DNA of 64,000 nt from an uncultured Gammaproteobacteria bacterium (GTDB lineage: Bacteria; Patescibacteriota; Microgenomatia; Levybacterales; UBA12049), in the NCBI GenBank assembly GCA_964637955.1, contig CAZWXQ010000005.1:18993-82992 (forward strand). The letters run 5' to 3'. The notes beneath the pieces were generated by a model. The model was given only the letters and a program-made list of their open reading frames with translations, did no database searches and was not told the origin of the DNA. Shown here piece by piece: positions 17,321-26,731 of the stretch. A program made the position numbers and the translations under genes. Each line of letters begins with the position of its first letter. The stretch's first letter is position 1.

Positions 17321-20158
17321 ATGAGTGAAATACCAAATCCAGGCATTGCGGAATTTAAGGGAATAGAAAGAATTGCTGAATATGACAGAACAGGCAACAG
17401 CATTTATCTGGATCCTCAAGTTTTTAGCGAAATACGCCCATATAGACCGAGAGTCAGAGGAGTAACATATGAAGTTAATGCCTCAATTAGTGGAGTCTTA
17501 AGAGAAAGTCCCATCGTTGAATGGATTCAAGCAAATCCTGAAGGATTCATGTCGCATGCAGGAAGAGATGTGCATATAAGAAGAGCTCTAGCTACAATTG
17601 ATGATCTGACAGTATCGCTTCAGACAGGAGACCAAGATTCGCAAGATTTATATATGCAATCTCTTGCTGTGGGAGAAAAAATCTCTGAGCTGGATATTCT
17701 TGCAAGACCGTATATACCAAAATCATTATCAACACCTGAACCTGAAGATGAGATGGCTGAATCTCCTATTTCAACAGAAGTTATTTTGCCTAGCATTCAG
17801 ATGAAACGAAACTTTGATTGGAAAAGTGCGCTGATTAAATTATTTAGTAAACTTCCTGAAGGAGCGACTATACCTATCAAACCTATCAAAACTCCGAACA
17901 TTCCACGAATTCCTATTAGAACGCCTCAAGCGCCACAAGAACGTATAGATGATTCCGCCTCGCGAAAAAGAAGAAGAGTGAGGGAGATTGATGATTCCGA
18001 CCTTCCTTCAAGATCCTTTCTTCTCGACGATTTTTACATTGCAGGTAGGGAAAAACTTACTAACCCAAGAGGAAGAGGAAATACTGTTGTTAGAGTAAAA
18101 AATAGCAGAAGACCAATCGCCACAAATGGATTTGTAGTAACTAAAGTTTACAACAGATATGATCCCGAATCAGGACTCATGACGACAGATTCGGAAAAAA
18201 CTCGAATTAGATATTATGACATTGTGCATATAGATTCCACGAGCATCAGCGCCAATATAGGTGTTATTGATCCAATGAAATTTAAAACTATCGGTATACC
18301 TTTTTATGTTACTGACACAGATAATAGGACGTTTGAGCCTGACATAAAAGATAAACTTATAAATTTACAGATTGTAGGAAAAGACGGAGTCATAGTTGAA
18401 AAATATGATCTAGTAGAATATGTAGATGTAGATGGGCTTGGAAATTTAAGCCTATCACTTGAAGACATGCCTGATGAAGTAAGAAGAAAATTAACAGGTC
18501 AAAGTCTTACCATAAATGCTTTTTATAAAACCGGTTTCAATGAACGTACAAAAGTTCATCAGTCAGAACTTCTTGGTCCATTCTCCGAAGATGAAGATTT
18601 CAGATTAAATCTTTACCCCGAAGACATAGCAAATCTTATTAGAAGACTAAGAGAAGTTATAAAAGACGGAAGCGAAAGAGATCCATTTTCAATCCTCACT
18701 CAATATTTATCAGTGTGGGCTCTTGAATACGATATTAAAGATGCAGCAATAAGCAAGGATGATCCTGTGTCTTTTAATCAGACTGAAAGAGTTCTCGAAA
18801 GAAAATTAGCTTCATGTGAAGGTGCAAATATTGCGCTTGGACAATTAATGAGACATCTTATAAAGCCTGGTGAAGGAATTGCATTTGTGACAGGGTATCA
18901 ATTGGGTACAGGCGGCACTGCAGATGATATGAGTGGACATATGATGGTGATGTATGTAGATAAAAAAGGAAACAAAACTTATCTCGATGCTACTCCCTGG
19001 CTTCCCGAACAACGCAAAAGAGTTGAAAATGAAAGAAGAGCCGCTGTGCGAGCAAAAGAAGTCTGGTATAGAAGCACAAAGTATTTGAGAGAAAACCCCA
19101 ATTTTTTGAAAGAATTTAGATCCCTTAAAGAAAGAGCGCGTAATGCAACAACTAGATTATCTGACTCCTGGAACATAGGTGACTTGACCTATGAACTAGA
19201 ACAGGAATTGAGAGATTTTGGAATATATATAGCAAAGTTTAAACAAGAACCAGCTGTTTATTTTGAAGAACCTAAATTGATAGTTCCCCAACCAGATCCT
19301 AATGATCCAAAAGGTGCCGAAAGAACCCGTGAAAGAATTGGTCTTATTCCCGTTATAAGAAAGCATTTTAAAGTACCAGAAAGGATGAAAGCTTTTTGGC
19401 CTGAGAGCTATGATTATATTGATGGCACATTAGAAATCAAAATCCCTAATTATTATCGTGATTTTTATAGAGGATTTTATTACTCCAAGCCAAAAGATCC
19501 TAGCGCTTATTATATGGGAGACTCACCGGCGTCCAGCGAGGCAAGAGCAAGACGTGATTTGCTCTATAATGGCCGTATTCAAAGAAAAACTATTTCCGCA
19601 ATGACAAGAGTACTAGAGGCTTCTACGTATGCTTCTGCTCAAAATATTCAAGCATATGAAACTCTTGCAACTTTAGTCGAAGCGGAATATGAAAGACAAA
19701 AAAGAGCATTAATAGCATGTTTTGAATCAATTCCCGGAGGATTAGGGCAGGATTTGGACAACTTCTGGAACCAGATGCCTTTTATAAGACTTATTGATTC
19801 ACCGTTTCCTCATTTAACAGACTTTTTCACTAGGTCAATAGATTCAAGTTCTCTTGGACATCTTGTAACTTCATCCGGAAACATAGAGGAAGATTTTAAT
19901 TTAAGAATTTCAGAATGGAGAACTGAGATGGATAAGAGAATTGCATCATTTTATGAATTTATTCAATATGCTCCTAGAAAATCAAAAAGTCCAACAGTGG
20001 TAGAAGTTCCAAGTACATTTTTATGGAGGCAAATGAAAGATGTTAGACCAACTGAGCCTGAAGAAAGACCTGATATTGTTGATCCATTGGGTACGTTTGC
20101 GCTTCTGGCAAGACATATGGATGACTATAAATATCCCCATACGAGAATTAATAGATAA
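17321..20158 (+). CDS. Large protein with a transglutaminase-like (papain-fold) domain
   Basis: Putative catalytic triad: SCEGAN (Cys), SGHMMV (His), YLDATP (Asp). Pro-rich linker; no obvious TM. Confidence 0.65.
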   Translation: MSEIPNPGIAEFKGIERIAEYDRTGNSIYLDPQVFSEIRPYRPRVRGVTYEVNASISGVLRESPIVEWIQANPEGFMSHAGRDVHIRRALATIDDLTVSLQTGDQDSQDLYMQSLAVGEKISELDILARPYIPKSLSTPEPEDEMAESPISTEVILPSIQMKRNFDWKSALIKLFSKLPEGATIPIKPIKTPNIPRIPIRTPQAPQERIDDSASRKRRRVREIDDSDLPSRSFLLDDFYIAGREKLTNPRGRGNTVVRVKNSRRPIATNGFVVTKVYNRYDPESGLMTTDSEKTRIRYYDIVHIDSTSISANIGVIDPMKFKTIGIPFYVTDTDNRTFEPDIKDKLINLQIVGKDGVIVEKYDLVEYVDVDGLGNLSLSLEDMPDEVRRKLTGQSLTINAFYKTGFNERTKVHQSELLGPFSEDEDFRLNLYPEDIANLIRRLREVIKDGSERDPFSILTQYLSVWALEYDIKDAAISKDDPVSFNQTERVLERKLASCEGANIALGQLMRHLIKPGEGIAFVTGYQLGTGGTADDMSGHMMVMYVDKKGNKTYLDATPWLPEQRKRVENERRAAVRAKEVWYRSTKYLRENPNFLKEFRSLKERARNATTRLSDSWNIGDLTYELEQELRDFGIYIAKFKQEPAVYFEEPKLIVPQPDPNDPKGAERTRERIGLIPVIRKHFKVPERMKAFWPESYDYIDGTLEIKIPNYYRDFYRGFYYSKPKDPSAYYMGDSPASSEARARRDLLYNGRIQRKTISAMTRVLEASTYASAQNIQAYETLATLVEAEYERQKRALIACFESIPGGLGQDLDNFWNQMPFIRLIDSPFPHLTDFFTRSIDSSSLGHLVTSSGNIEEDFNLRISEWRTEMDKRIASFYEFIQYAPRKSKSPTVVEVPSTFLWRQMKDVRPTEPEERPDIVDPLGTFALLARHMDDYKYPHTRINR

Positions 20159-20213
20159 GTATTTAAGGAACATAGGATTGTAAAAGAGGTTGATTTAAGG
20201 CTATAATTATAAA

Positions 20214-21257
20214 ATGCCCAGGATTAAAGAATTTACTTCAAAAATCTTTTTTCATATTAAAACTCATAAAAAGCTCTTATTAATTCCTCTAATTTTAATC
20301 CCAATTTTAGTTTATTTTTTATATCCTAAAAATAAAAAAGAGATAGCTACCCAAAAAGTAACTCAAGAAGACCTAGTTCAATCTATTTCTGCAAATGGAA
20401 CACTTGAATCAGAAAATTCCGTTAACTTATCATTTTTAGCTGGAGGAAAACTTGTTTACTTGCCTCATAAAGAAGGGGATTTTGTAAACAAGGGAGAGGT
20501 AATTGCAAATCTTGACCAAAGATCAGCGCAGAAAAATCTTCAAACTTCCCTTGCGACATTTGCACAACAAAGAAATACTTTTGACCAGACTAAAGAAAAT
20601 AATAAAGATAAGCCCGTTTCTGAAGCTCTGAAAAGAATCCTTGAAAATAACCAATACGACTTAGATAAAGCTTCAATTTCAGTAGATTTACTTAGCCTAG
20701 CAAAAGAACAATCTGTTTTGACTACTCCAATTTCAGGAATCTTAACTAGACAAGATGTAAAAGTACCAGGAGTAAATGTAACTTCAGCTACTATTTTTTC
20801 TGTAACTGATCCCGCTTCAATAATCTTTAAAATGGAAGTTGATGAAGCTGATGTAGGAAAAATAAAAGAAGGTCAGAATGTAAAGATATTTCTTGATTCA
20901 TATCCAGATGAAGAACTAAATATGACTATTGATCAAATCGATTTCGCAACTCATACTACGTCAACAGGCGGAGATGCATTTTACGTAAAAGGGAAACTTA
21001 CCTCAGACAATTCTGACTATAAATTTAGAGTTGGCATGAACGGTAGCGCTGAAATAATTACAAATAAAATTCCAAACGTAGTAGTAGTTCCAATCTCAAG
21101 TATATTTGAGGAAAACAAAGTTTATGTAAAAAAAGGCAAAAAATTTGAGAAAAGAGAAATAAAAGTTGGCGTTCAAAATGATCTAATTACGCAAGTAAAA
21201 GAAGGATTAAGTGTAGGAGAGGAAGTGGCAACAGATCCATCTCTTGTAAGTAAGTAA
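20214..21257 (+). CDS. Efflux membrane-fusion/adaptor protein (MacA-like)
   Basis: N-terminal TM, lipoyl half-motifs (KEGDFVNKGEVIA, TPISG), and VDEADVGKIKEGQ. Confidence 0.9.
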   Translation: MPRIKEFTSKIFFHIKTHKKLLLIPLILIPILVYFLYPKNKKEIATQKVTQEDLVQSISANGTLESENSVNLSFLAGGKLVYLPHKEGDFVNKGEVIANLDQRSAQKNLQTSLATFAQQRNTFDQTKENNKDKPVSEALKRILENNQYDLDKASISVDLLSLAKEQSVLTTPISGILTRQDVKVPGVNVTSATIFSVTDPASIIFKMEVDEADVGKIKEGQNVKIFLDSYPDEELNMTIDQIDFATHTTSTGGDAFYVKGKLTSDNSDYKFRVGMNGSAEIITNKIPNVVVVPISSIFEENKVYVKKGKKFEKREIKVGVQNDLITQVKEGLSVGEEVATDPSLVSK

Positions 21258-21261
21258 CTGC

Positions 21262-21939
21262 ATGAAATCAGGACAATTAATAACTCTCAAAGAAGTTAAG
21301 AAAGACTATATTTCAGAAGAAATTGTAACTAGTGTTCTTCTTGGTGTTAATTTGAATGTAGAAAAGGGAGATTTTATTGCTATAACGGGAAAGTCCGGAA
21401 GCGGAAAATCAACTCTCATGAATATCTTAGGTCTTTTAGATATTCCCACTTCTGGCACATATATTCTAAATGGCACAGATGTAAGCAAAATGGCGGAGGA
21501 TGAACTTGCTAGAGTGAGAAACAAAGAAATTGGATTCATATTTCAATCATTCAATTTACTTAATAGATCAACTGCTCTTGAAAATGTCATTCTACCTTCG
21601 ATTTATGCAGGGCTTAAAGAAGATGAAAGAGTCAAGAGAGCAAAAGAATTATTAAAAAGCGTAGGACTAGAAGAAAAAGTAAATAATAGACCTAATCAGC
21701 TTTCAGGCGGTCAGCAGCAGCGTGTAGCAATTGCTAGATCTCTCATGAATAATCCCAATCTTATTCTTGCTGACGAGCCCACGGGAAACTTGGATACAAA
21801 ATCAGGAGACGATGTTATGAATATTTTAAAGAACTTAAATAAAGAAGGGAAAACTGTAGTCGTGATAACCCATGAACCCGATATAGCTAAACAAGCCAAA
21901 AAAATAATTCATATGTCTGAAGGTATTATTAAAAGCTAA
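21262..21939 (+). CDS. ABC transporter ATP-binding protein (MacB/LolD-like)
   Basis: [26 protein letters not shown] motifs. Confidence 0.95.
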   Translation: MKSGQLITLKEVKKDYISEEIVTSVLLGVNLNVEKGDFIAITGKSGSGKSTLMNILGLLDIPTSGTYILNGTDVSKMAEDELARVRNKEIGFIFQSFNLLNRSTALENVILPSIYAGLKEDERVKRAKELLKSVGLEEKVNNRPNQLSGGQQQRVAIARSLMNNPNLILADEPTGNLDTKSGDDVMNILKNLNKEGKTVVVITHEPDIAKQAKKIIHMSEGIIKS

Positions 21940-23132
21940 TGGAATTTAAAGAACTTTTAAAAATTTCAGTAAAAGCAATCACGGCAAATAAACTTCGAAG
22001 TTTTTTAACTACACTTGGAATAATAATTGGCGTATTTGCAATTATCTTACTTGTTTCAATTGGAACTGGACTACAAGCATATATCACTAATCAAATCGCA
22101 GGACTCGGATCAAATCTAATTTTCGTGATTCCTGGAAAACTTGGAGGTGGAAGAACACCCGGCGGAGTAGTTACAAATAAAATCGTATACCAAGATGCGA
22201 AACTACTTTCTCAAAAACTCAGAGGACAAGCTCAAATTGCCCCAGTCGTTCAACAATCAAGCACAGTAAAATATAAAGGCGAAGTCACCAAAGGATCTTC
22301 AATCCTTGGAACATCTTCAAATTATGCAAAAATAGTCCAAAATACGAAACTAACAAGTGGAAACTTCTTTTCTTCTGGTCAAGAACAATCAGGAGCTAGA
22401 GTCGCTATAATCGGCACAACTCTTCAAGATAATCTTTTTAAAAACGCAAATCCCATAGGTAAAAGAATTTATATAGGAAACAATACTTACACGGTTATAG
22501 GTGTCCTTGAGAAAAAAGGCGCGCTTTTCGGAATAGATCAAGATAACACAGCTATAATTCCTTTTTCCGCAGCTCAAAAGCAGTTTGGATTGAATAATCT
22601 AAATGCAATCTATATTTCCGTAAATGATTCAGCTTCCATGAATAGAGTTCAAGAGCTAACTAAAAAGTCACTTTTGCAACGACTTACCGAAGATGATTTT
22701 ACAGTTCAAACAGCAGAGTCTACTTTAGATATAGTCAAAAACATAACGAATATTCTCTCGATTGCGCTTGGGGGAATTGCCGCAATTTCTCTGCTGGTTG
22801 GAGGGATTGGAGTTGCCAACATAATGTTGGTGTCAGTTACCGAAAGAACGCGTGAAATAGGCCTTAGAAAGGCACTAGGAGCTAAACGTAGCGACATATT
22901 AAAACAATTTTTACTCGAAGCTGTGATACTTTCGCTTCTTGGAGGAACAATCGGGATTATTTTAGGACTAGTAGCTTCCTACATTCTTTCAATATTTTTG
23001 GTTTCAAGCGTTACGCCGTTTTCGATATTCTTGGCTTTTGGATTCTCAGTTCTTATTGGAGTGGTTTTTGGAATGGCACCTGCTATAAGGGCATCTAAAT
23101 TGAATCCAATCGATGCCTTAAGATACGAATAA
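21939..23132 (+). CDS. ABC transporter permease (MacB/FtsX-like)
   Basis: NKLRSFLTTLGIIIG, NIMLVSVTERTREIGLRKALGA, PIDALRYE motifs. Confidence 0.95.
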   Translation: MEFKELLKISVKAITANKLRSFLTTLGIIIGVFAIILLVSIGTGLQAYITNQIAGLGSNLIFVIPGKLGGGRTPGGVVTNKIVYQDAKLLSQKLRGQAQIAPVVQQSSTVKYKGEVTKGSSILGTSSNYAKIVQNTKLTSGNFFSSGQEQSGARVAIIGTTLQDNLFKNANPIGKRIYIGNNTYTVIGVLEKKGALFGIDQDNTAIIPFSAAQKQFGLNNLNAIYISVNDSASMNRVQELTKKSLLQRLTEDDFTVQTAESTLDIVKNITNILSIALGGIAAISLLVGGIGVANIMLVSVTERTREIGLRKALGAKRSDILKQFLLEAVILSLLGGTIGIILGLVASYILSIFLVSSVTPFSIFLAFGFSVLIGVVFGMAPAIRASKLNPIDALRYE

Positions 23133-23134
23133 AT

Positions 23135-23398
23135 TTAAGCGTTAATTAACCTCAATTTTCTAGTTTTTGACCAAGACTTAATATAAATTTCCCTAAGTAT
23201 TGCTTCTTTATGAGTTTCAAATGTTTCGGAATAAACTAACGTTACAGGAAGCCTAGTGCGAACATATTTCGCACCTTTTCCACTATTATGCTTGGCAATT
23301 CTACTTGGGATATCTACACTTATCCCTGTGTAAAGGGTGTCATCGCTGCATTTAACTATATATAAATACCAATTTTTATTCGCAATATCTTTAGGCAT
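23135..23398 (-). CDS. GIY-YIG nuclease family protein (UPF0213/YhbQ-like)
   Basis: WYLYIVKCSDDTLYTGIS..RIAKHNSGKGAKY. Start set at MPKDIA (23398), downstream of the tRNA. Confidence 0.85.
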   Translation of the reverse strand: MPKDIANKNWYLYIVKCSDDTLYTGISVDIPSRIAKHNSGKGAKYVRTRLPVTLVYSETFETHKEAILREIYIKSWSKTRKLRLINA

Positions 23399-23422
23399 TT
23401 GTAAATGTAAGATATAAATCTG

Positions 23423-23495
23423 CACGCTCGAGAGGAATCGAACCCCCAACCCCTTCGTCCGAAGCGAAGTGCTCTATCCGTTGAGCTACGAGCGC
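23423..23495 (-). tRNA. tRNA-Arg(UCG)
   Basis: GCGCTCG/CGAGCGT acceptor stem, anticodon arm CTTCG-CTTCGGA-CGAAG, and GGTTCGATTC T-loop. Confidence 0.93.
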
Positions 23496-23540
23496 ATAAA
23501 TTCATTTTATCAAAACGAGCGCATTACCTCAATAACTGAT

Positions 23541-23573
23541 CCTATAGTCATAATTTCGACTTTTTGATATAAT
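23541..23573 (+). promoter_or_regulatory. Promoter with the CCTATAGT element
   Basis: CCTATAGT 23541-23548, TATAAT 23568-23573, ATG 23582. Confidence 0.55.
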
Positions 23574-23581
23574 TCGCTCTT

Positions 23582-24319
23582 ATGGAAAATAGAATAGAAA
23601 ACGGCTATTCAAATGTGGCTCCTCTGTTAGAGAGAATGTCACGGCATGAACTGAAAAAAGAAGTACCTGAACCTGTTCAGGTCGCCTGGAATAATCTATC
23701 AGTATCACTGCGAATTGGAGACTACTTATTAGATACGACATCTGACCCACTCACTAAAAGATCTGTGGTAATAGACGCAATGACTTACCTTTCTGGAGAT
23801 AATCCCGAGCTTCAGCATGGCAACGCAACATATCATAAACAAATGTCTGGCTTAAAAGATTACTTATCTACATTACCATTATCAAGATCAAGGCAATTTG
23901 GATTTGATTTTAGAAAATTAATTATTGCTTCAGGTCGAACAGCGTCTGCTCAAAGAGCTGATGAATTACTCAAAGCAAGATATCTTGAAGGGGTGCTTAC
24001 TACAAGACTATTTATGGATTTATTACCAGCAGAATATTCTGAAATACAAGGTTTTAGAAATTACAAAAAAACAATTTACAGGCTTGCCAGAATTGGAAAT
24101 GTTTTAGATTCACTGGTCGATTTTAATGATGACTATGCTTCCGGACAAACTCTTGTCACCCCCAGCTTTACTAATAAACTTAAATTAATAGTTGGAGCAA
24201 GTGGACAAGTAATAATTGTCCTTAAAGATATTAATAAAAGAATGCTTCCAGACTTAGCAACAGGTGTTGCGCAGGCATATTTTAGAAAAGGCTCTAATCA
24301 ACTTAATTTGGAAAAATAG
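23582..24319 (+). CDS. Hypothetical protein, possible class I isoprenoid-synthase fold
   Basis: Two Asp-rich motifs, GDYLLD and GNVLDSLVDFNDD, in a helical protein. Confidence 0.45.
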   Translation: MENRIENGYSNVAPLLERMSRHELKKEVPEPVQVAWNNLSVSLRIGDYLLDTTSDPLTKRSVVIDAMTYLSGDNPELQHGNATYHKQMSGLKDYLSTLPLSRSRQFGFDFRKLIIASGRTASAQRADELLKARYLEGVLTTRLFMDLLPAEYSEIQGFRNYKKTIYRLARIGNVLDSLVDFNDDYASGQTLVTPSFTNKLKLIVGASGQVIIVLKDINKRMLPDLATGVAQAYFRKGSNQLNLEK

Positions 24320-24342
24320 ATCAATCCGAAACAAGTTTTAGA

Positions 24343-24378
24343 CCTATAGTTGACAATTCATAAATTATTTTCTATAAT
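24343..24378 (+). promoter_or_regulatory. Consensus sigma70 promoter with the CCTATAGT element
   Basis: CCTATAGT overlapping TTGACA(24350)-17-TATAAT(24373). ATG 24387. Confidence 0.75.
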
Positions 24379-24386
24379 TCGCAACT

Positions 24387-25031
24387 ATGGAAAGATTTGG
24401 AGGAGAAAGAGGCCCTGAAGACAGTATAGAAAGAAGAGCTGAAGGACTTTCATTAGAAATTAATAGACTTTTGTCACTTTTAATAGAAAGTGGTCCTGAA
24501 CTTGATCCTTATTATAAAAAGCAGCTTAGAAATTATCTTCATCAGATACTTGGCATTTTTGACTTAGAAGAAAAGGGGGCCGAAGGTCTTCTTGAAGTAA
24601 GAAGGCGAATGGATCGCTCCTTCGATAAACTTCCAGTTTCAACATATTATCCATCTATTCAAGAGTTTCAGCAGGGACTTTTGGGTGTTGTAATGTCTTC
24701 AGAGAGTTCCGATCTTCCATTAATGCCAAGAGAAGTTTCAGCTACTCAACTTGCAAAAAATGCCCAGCATGATTGGCTAAGTATTGACGGAGGTGATTCA
24801 AGATACACTCTAGATTACCTGTATGAACTTGGTAAAGTTATGGTTTCAAGACCAGCTTATGAAGCGCTATTTCCAGAAACCGATAATATCACTGTGTATG
24901 ATGACTGGCAAATTGAAAATGGACCTCAAAGAGCATTGATTTTAAGAACACTTGGATCTTCATTTGTAGCCGAAAAGGGAATGGATGCATGGATAAAAGT
25001 TGATAATCTTGAATCAAATTTAGATTCTTAA
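24387..25031 (+). CDS. Hypothetical acidic protein
   Basis: 214-aa ORF with its own consensus promoter. Confidence 0.7.
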   Translation: MERFGGERGPEDSIERRAEGLSLEINRLLSLLIESGPELDPYYKKQLRNYLHQILGIFDLEEKGAEGLLEVRRRMDRSFDKLPVSTYYPSIQEFQQGLLGVVMSSESSDLPLMPREVSATQLAKNAQHDWLSIDGGDSRYTLDYLYELGKVMVSRPAYEALFPETDNITVYDDWQIENGPQRALILRTLGSSFVAEKGMDAWIKVDNLESNLDS

Positions 25032-25111
25032 TAATTTATCTAAATTTGCAAAAATATATCAATCTGATACAATATTTATACAAGGCCTTCGGAAATACTC
25101 TGAAATTACTT

Positions 25112-25705
25112 ATGGACTTTATCAAGAAAAAAACAAATAGCATAAAACACGGTGTAAAAGAATTTCATACGAAGAAACCACACTTAGAATTTTTTGCTGC
25201 AGCCCTCACTGTTCCTGTTTTAATCACAGTACTTCTACTAAATCTTAATAACTTAAAAGGGAACAAAGAACCAAAAATTGAAGAAGCAAGCAAAACACAA
25301 ACGATCGTAATTACTCAACCCTCAAGCAATCAAGCTGAAGCTAAAGAAAAAGAAGTTGTTGTAACTAAAGAAGCTTGCAAACCTGGAATTGGGAATGTAG
25401 AAATCTCAAGTCCCGAAGAAGGACAAAATATAACTGATAACCCTGTAGAAATAAACATTAATTATGATGCAAATGGATATTGCGCAGTTGTTTGGTCATA
25501 TAGAGTAAATGGGGGAGGCTGGTCATCTTATGACGATAGTGCTATTTCATTATATAACCTCGCAAACGGAAGCGTAAAACTTGAACTTAGAGTAAAAAGT
25601 GTAGTTGATTCTTCCCAGGAGAATCTAACTAGAAACTTTACTTATTCAGGAGCGTCAAATACACCCACTATTACTCCCACACTTACTCCAACACCTACGC
25701 TATAA
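25112..25705 (+). CDS. Membrane-anchored extracellular protein with an Ig-like domain and PT-repeat tail
   Basis: TM (FFAAALTVPVLITVLLL), ISSPEEGQNITDNPVEINI, and C-terminal TPTITPTLTPTPT. Confidence 0.7.
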   Translation: MDFIKKKTNSIKHGVKEFHTKKPHLEFFAAALTVPVLITVLLLNLNNLKGNKEPKIEEASKTQTIVITQPSSNQAEAKEKEVVVTKEACKPGIGNVEISSPEEGQNITDNPVEININYDANGYCAVVWSYRVNGGGWSSYDDSAISLYNLANGSVKLELRVKSVVDSSQENLTRNFTYSGASNTPTITPTLTPTPTL

Positions 25706-25789
25706 GCCGCAGCAATTCCATTTTTCAAAACGACGCAAATAACTAATTGGGGATTTATGGCGTGAGATAAAAGTCATATAATTATTCAA

Positions 25790-26731
25790 GTGATATTTAA
25801 CCGATCAAATTTACTTTCGTGGGCCAAATTTCTTATCGGCTGGCCCCTTGCTCTTCTTTCAATCGCTTTTGTTATTAAGTTTGTCGCCGACCAAAGCGAA
25901 GGAGTTACTTTTAGTCTTTCAGATATAAATTACTTTTATTTGGGCATAGGTATAGGTCTTTTTCTTTTGTATTACTTTCTAAGAACTTACATATGGAAAC
26001 TGCTGATTGAGAGCGATGGTAGTAAAGTTGATTTAGTAGAAAACACATATAGATTTGCGTTCTCTGAGCTTAAAAGATTTACTCCTGGAAACATTTGGTC
26101 CATCATAAGTCGTGCATCTTTATTTACGGATTTAGGTGTCGAAAAAAGATTGGTAGGAATTTCAATGATTGCAGACATTCAACTCGTTGTAATAGGGTGT
26201 TCTTTAGTTTCAGTTTTTGCAATTCCATTCATTCTTAATTCATCGAATGAACTCCACAGTAAACTTTATTCACTAATTCCTTTCTCAATCATCTTAATAA
26301 TAATTTATTTTGTTGTTATAGGAGTAATTTACAAAAAAAGATATGGGAAATCTGATGGAATTATAAAAAGTTTTTTTCTACCTGGATTCAAGAATAAAAT
26401 CAAACTTCAATCAACTGTACTTACATTCATAACTTACTTCATTTATGGATTAGGAAATTTCTTTGTTTTAATTTCGATCGCAAACACTAGCTTTGTAAAT
26501 TCTATAGCAATATCGGCATTTTTTACTTTTGCTCTTTTGGTAGGCTATCTTACATTTATTACACCTATGGGACTCGGAGTAAGGGAAATAATCGTAACTC
26601 TTGGCTTATCTGAAATTCTAAGCCCTGCTGATGCTGGAGCAGTATCTATTTTTTCAAGAATAATACTTATTCTTTCTGAGCTTTCATTTTTATGTTTTAT
26701 TTTTTTATGGAAAAAGAAAGCAATAAAATAA
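25790..26731 (+). CDS. Lysylphosphatidylglycerol synthase TM-domain / flippase-like protein (UPF0104)
   Basis: Multi-TM, with KRFTPGNIW and PMGLGVRE motifs. Confidence 0.85.
   Translation: MIFNRSNLLSWAKFLIGWPLALLSIAFVIKFVADQSEGVTFSLSDINYFYLGIGIGLFLLYYFLRTYIWKLLIESDGSKVDLVENTYRFAFSELKRFTPGNIWSIISRASLFTDLGVEKRLVGISMIADIQLVVIGCSLVSVFAIPFILNSSNELHSKLYSLIPFSIILIIIYFVVIGVIYKKRYGKSDGIIKSFFLPGFKNKIKLQSTVLTFITYFIYGLGNFFVLISIANTSFVNSIAISAFFTFALLVGYLTFITPMGLGVREIIVTLGLSEILSPADAGAVSIFSRIILILSELSFLCFIFLWKKKAIK

Noticed and set aside
23399-23449. N-terminal extension of the GIY-YIG ORF
   Set aside because: It overlaps tRNA-Arg. The ATG at 23398 is the likely start.
25661-25700. Short tandem repeats
   Set aside because: They encode an ordinary Pro-Thr linker.
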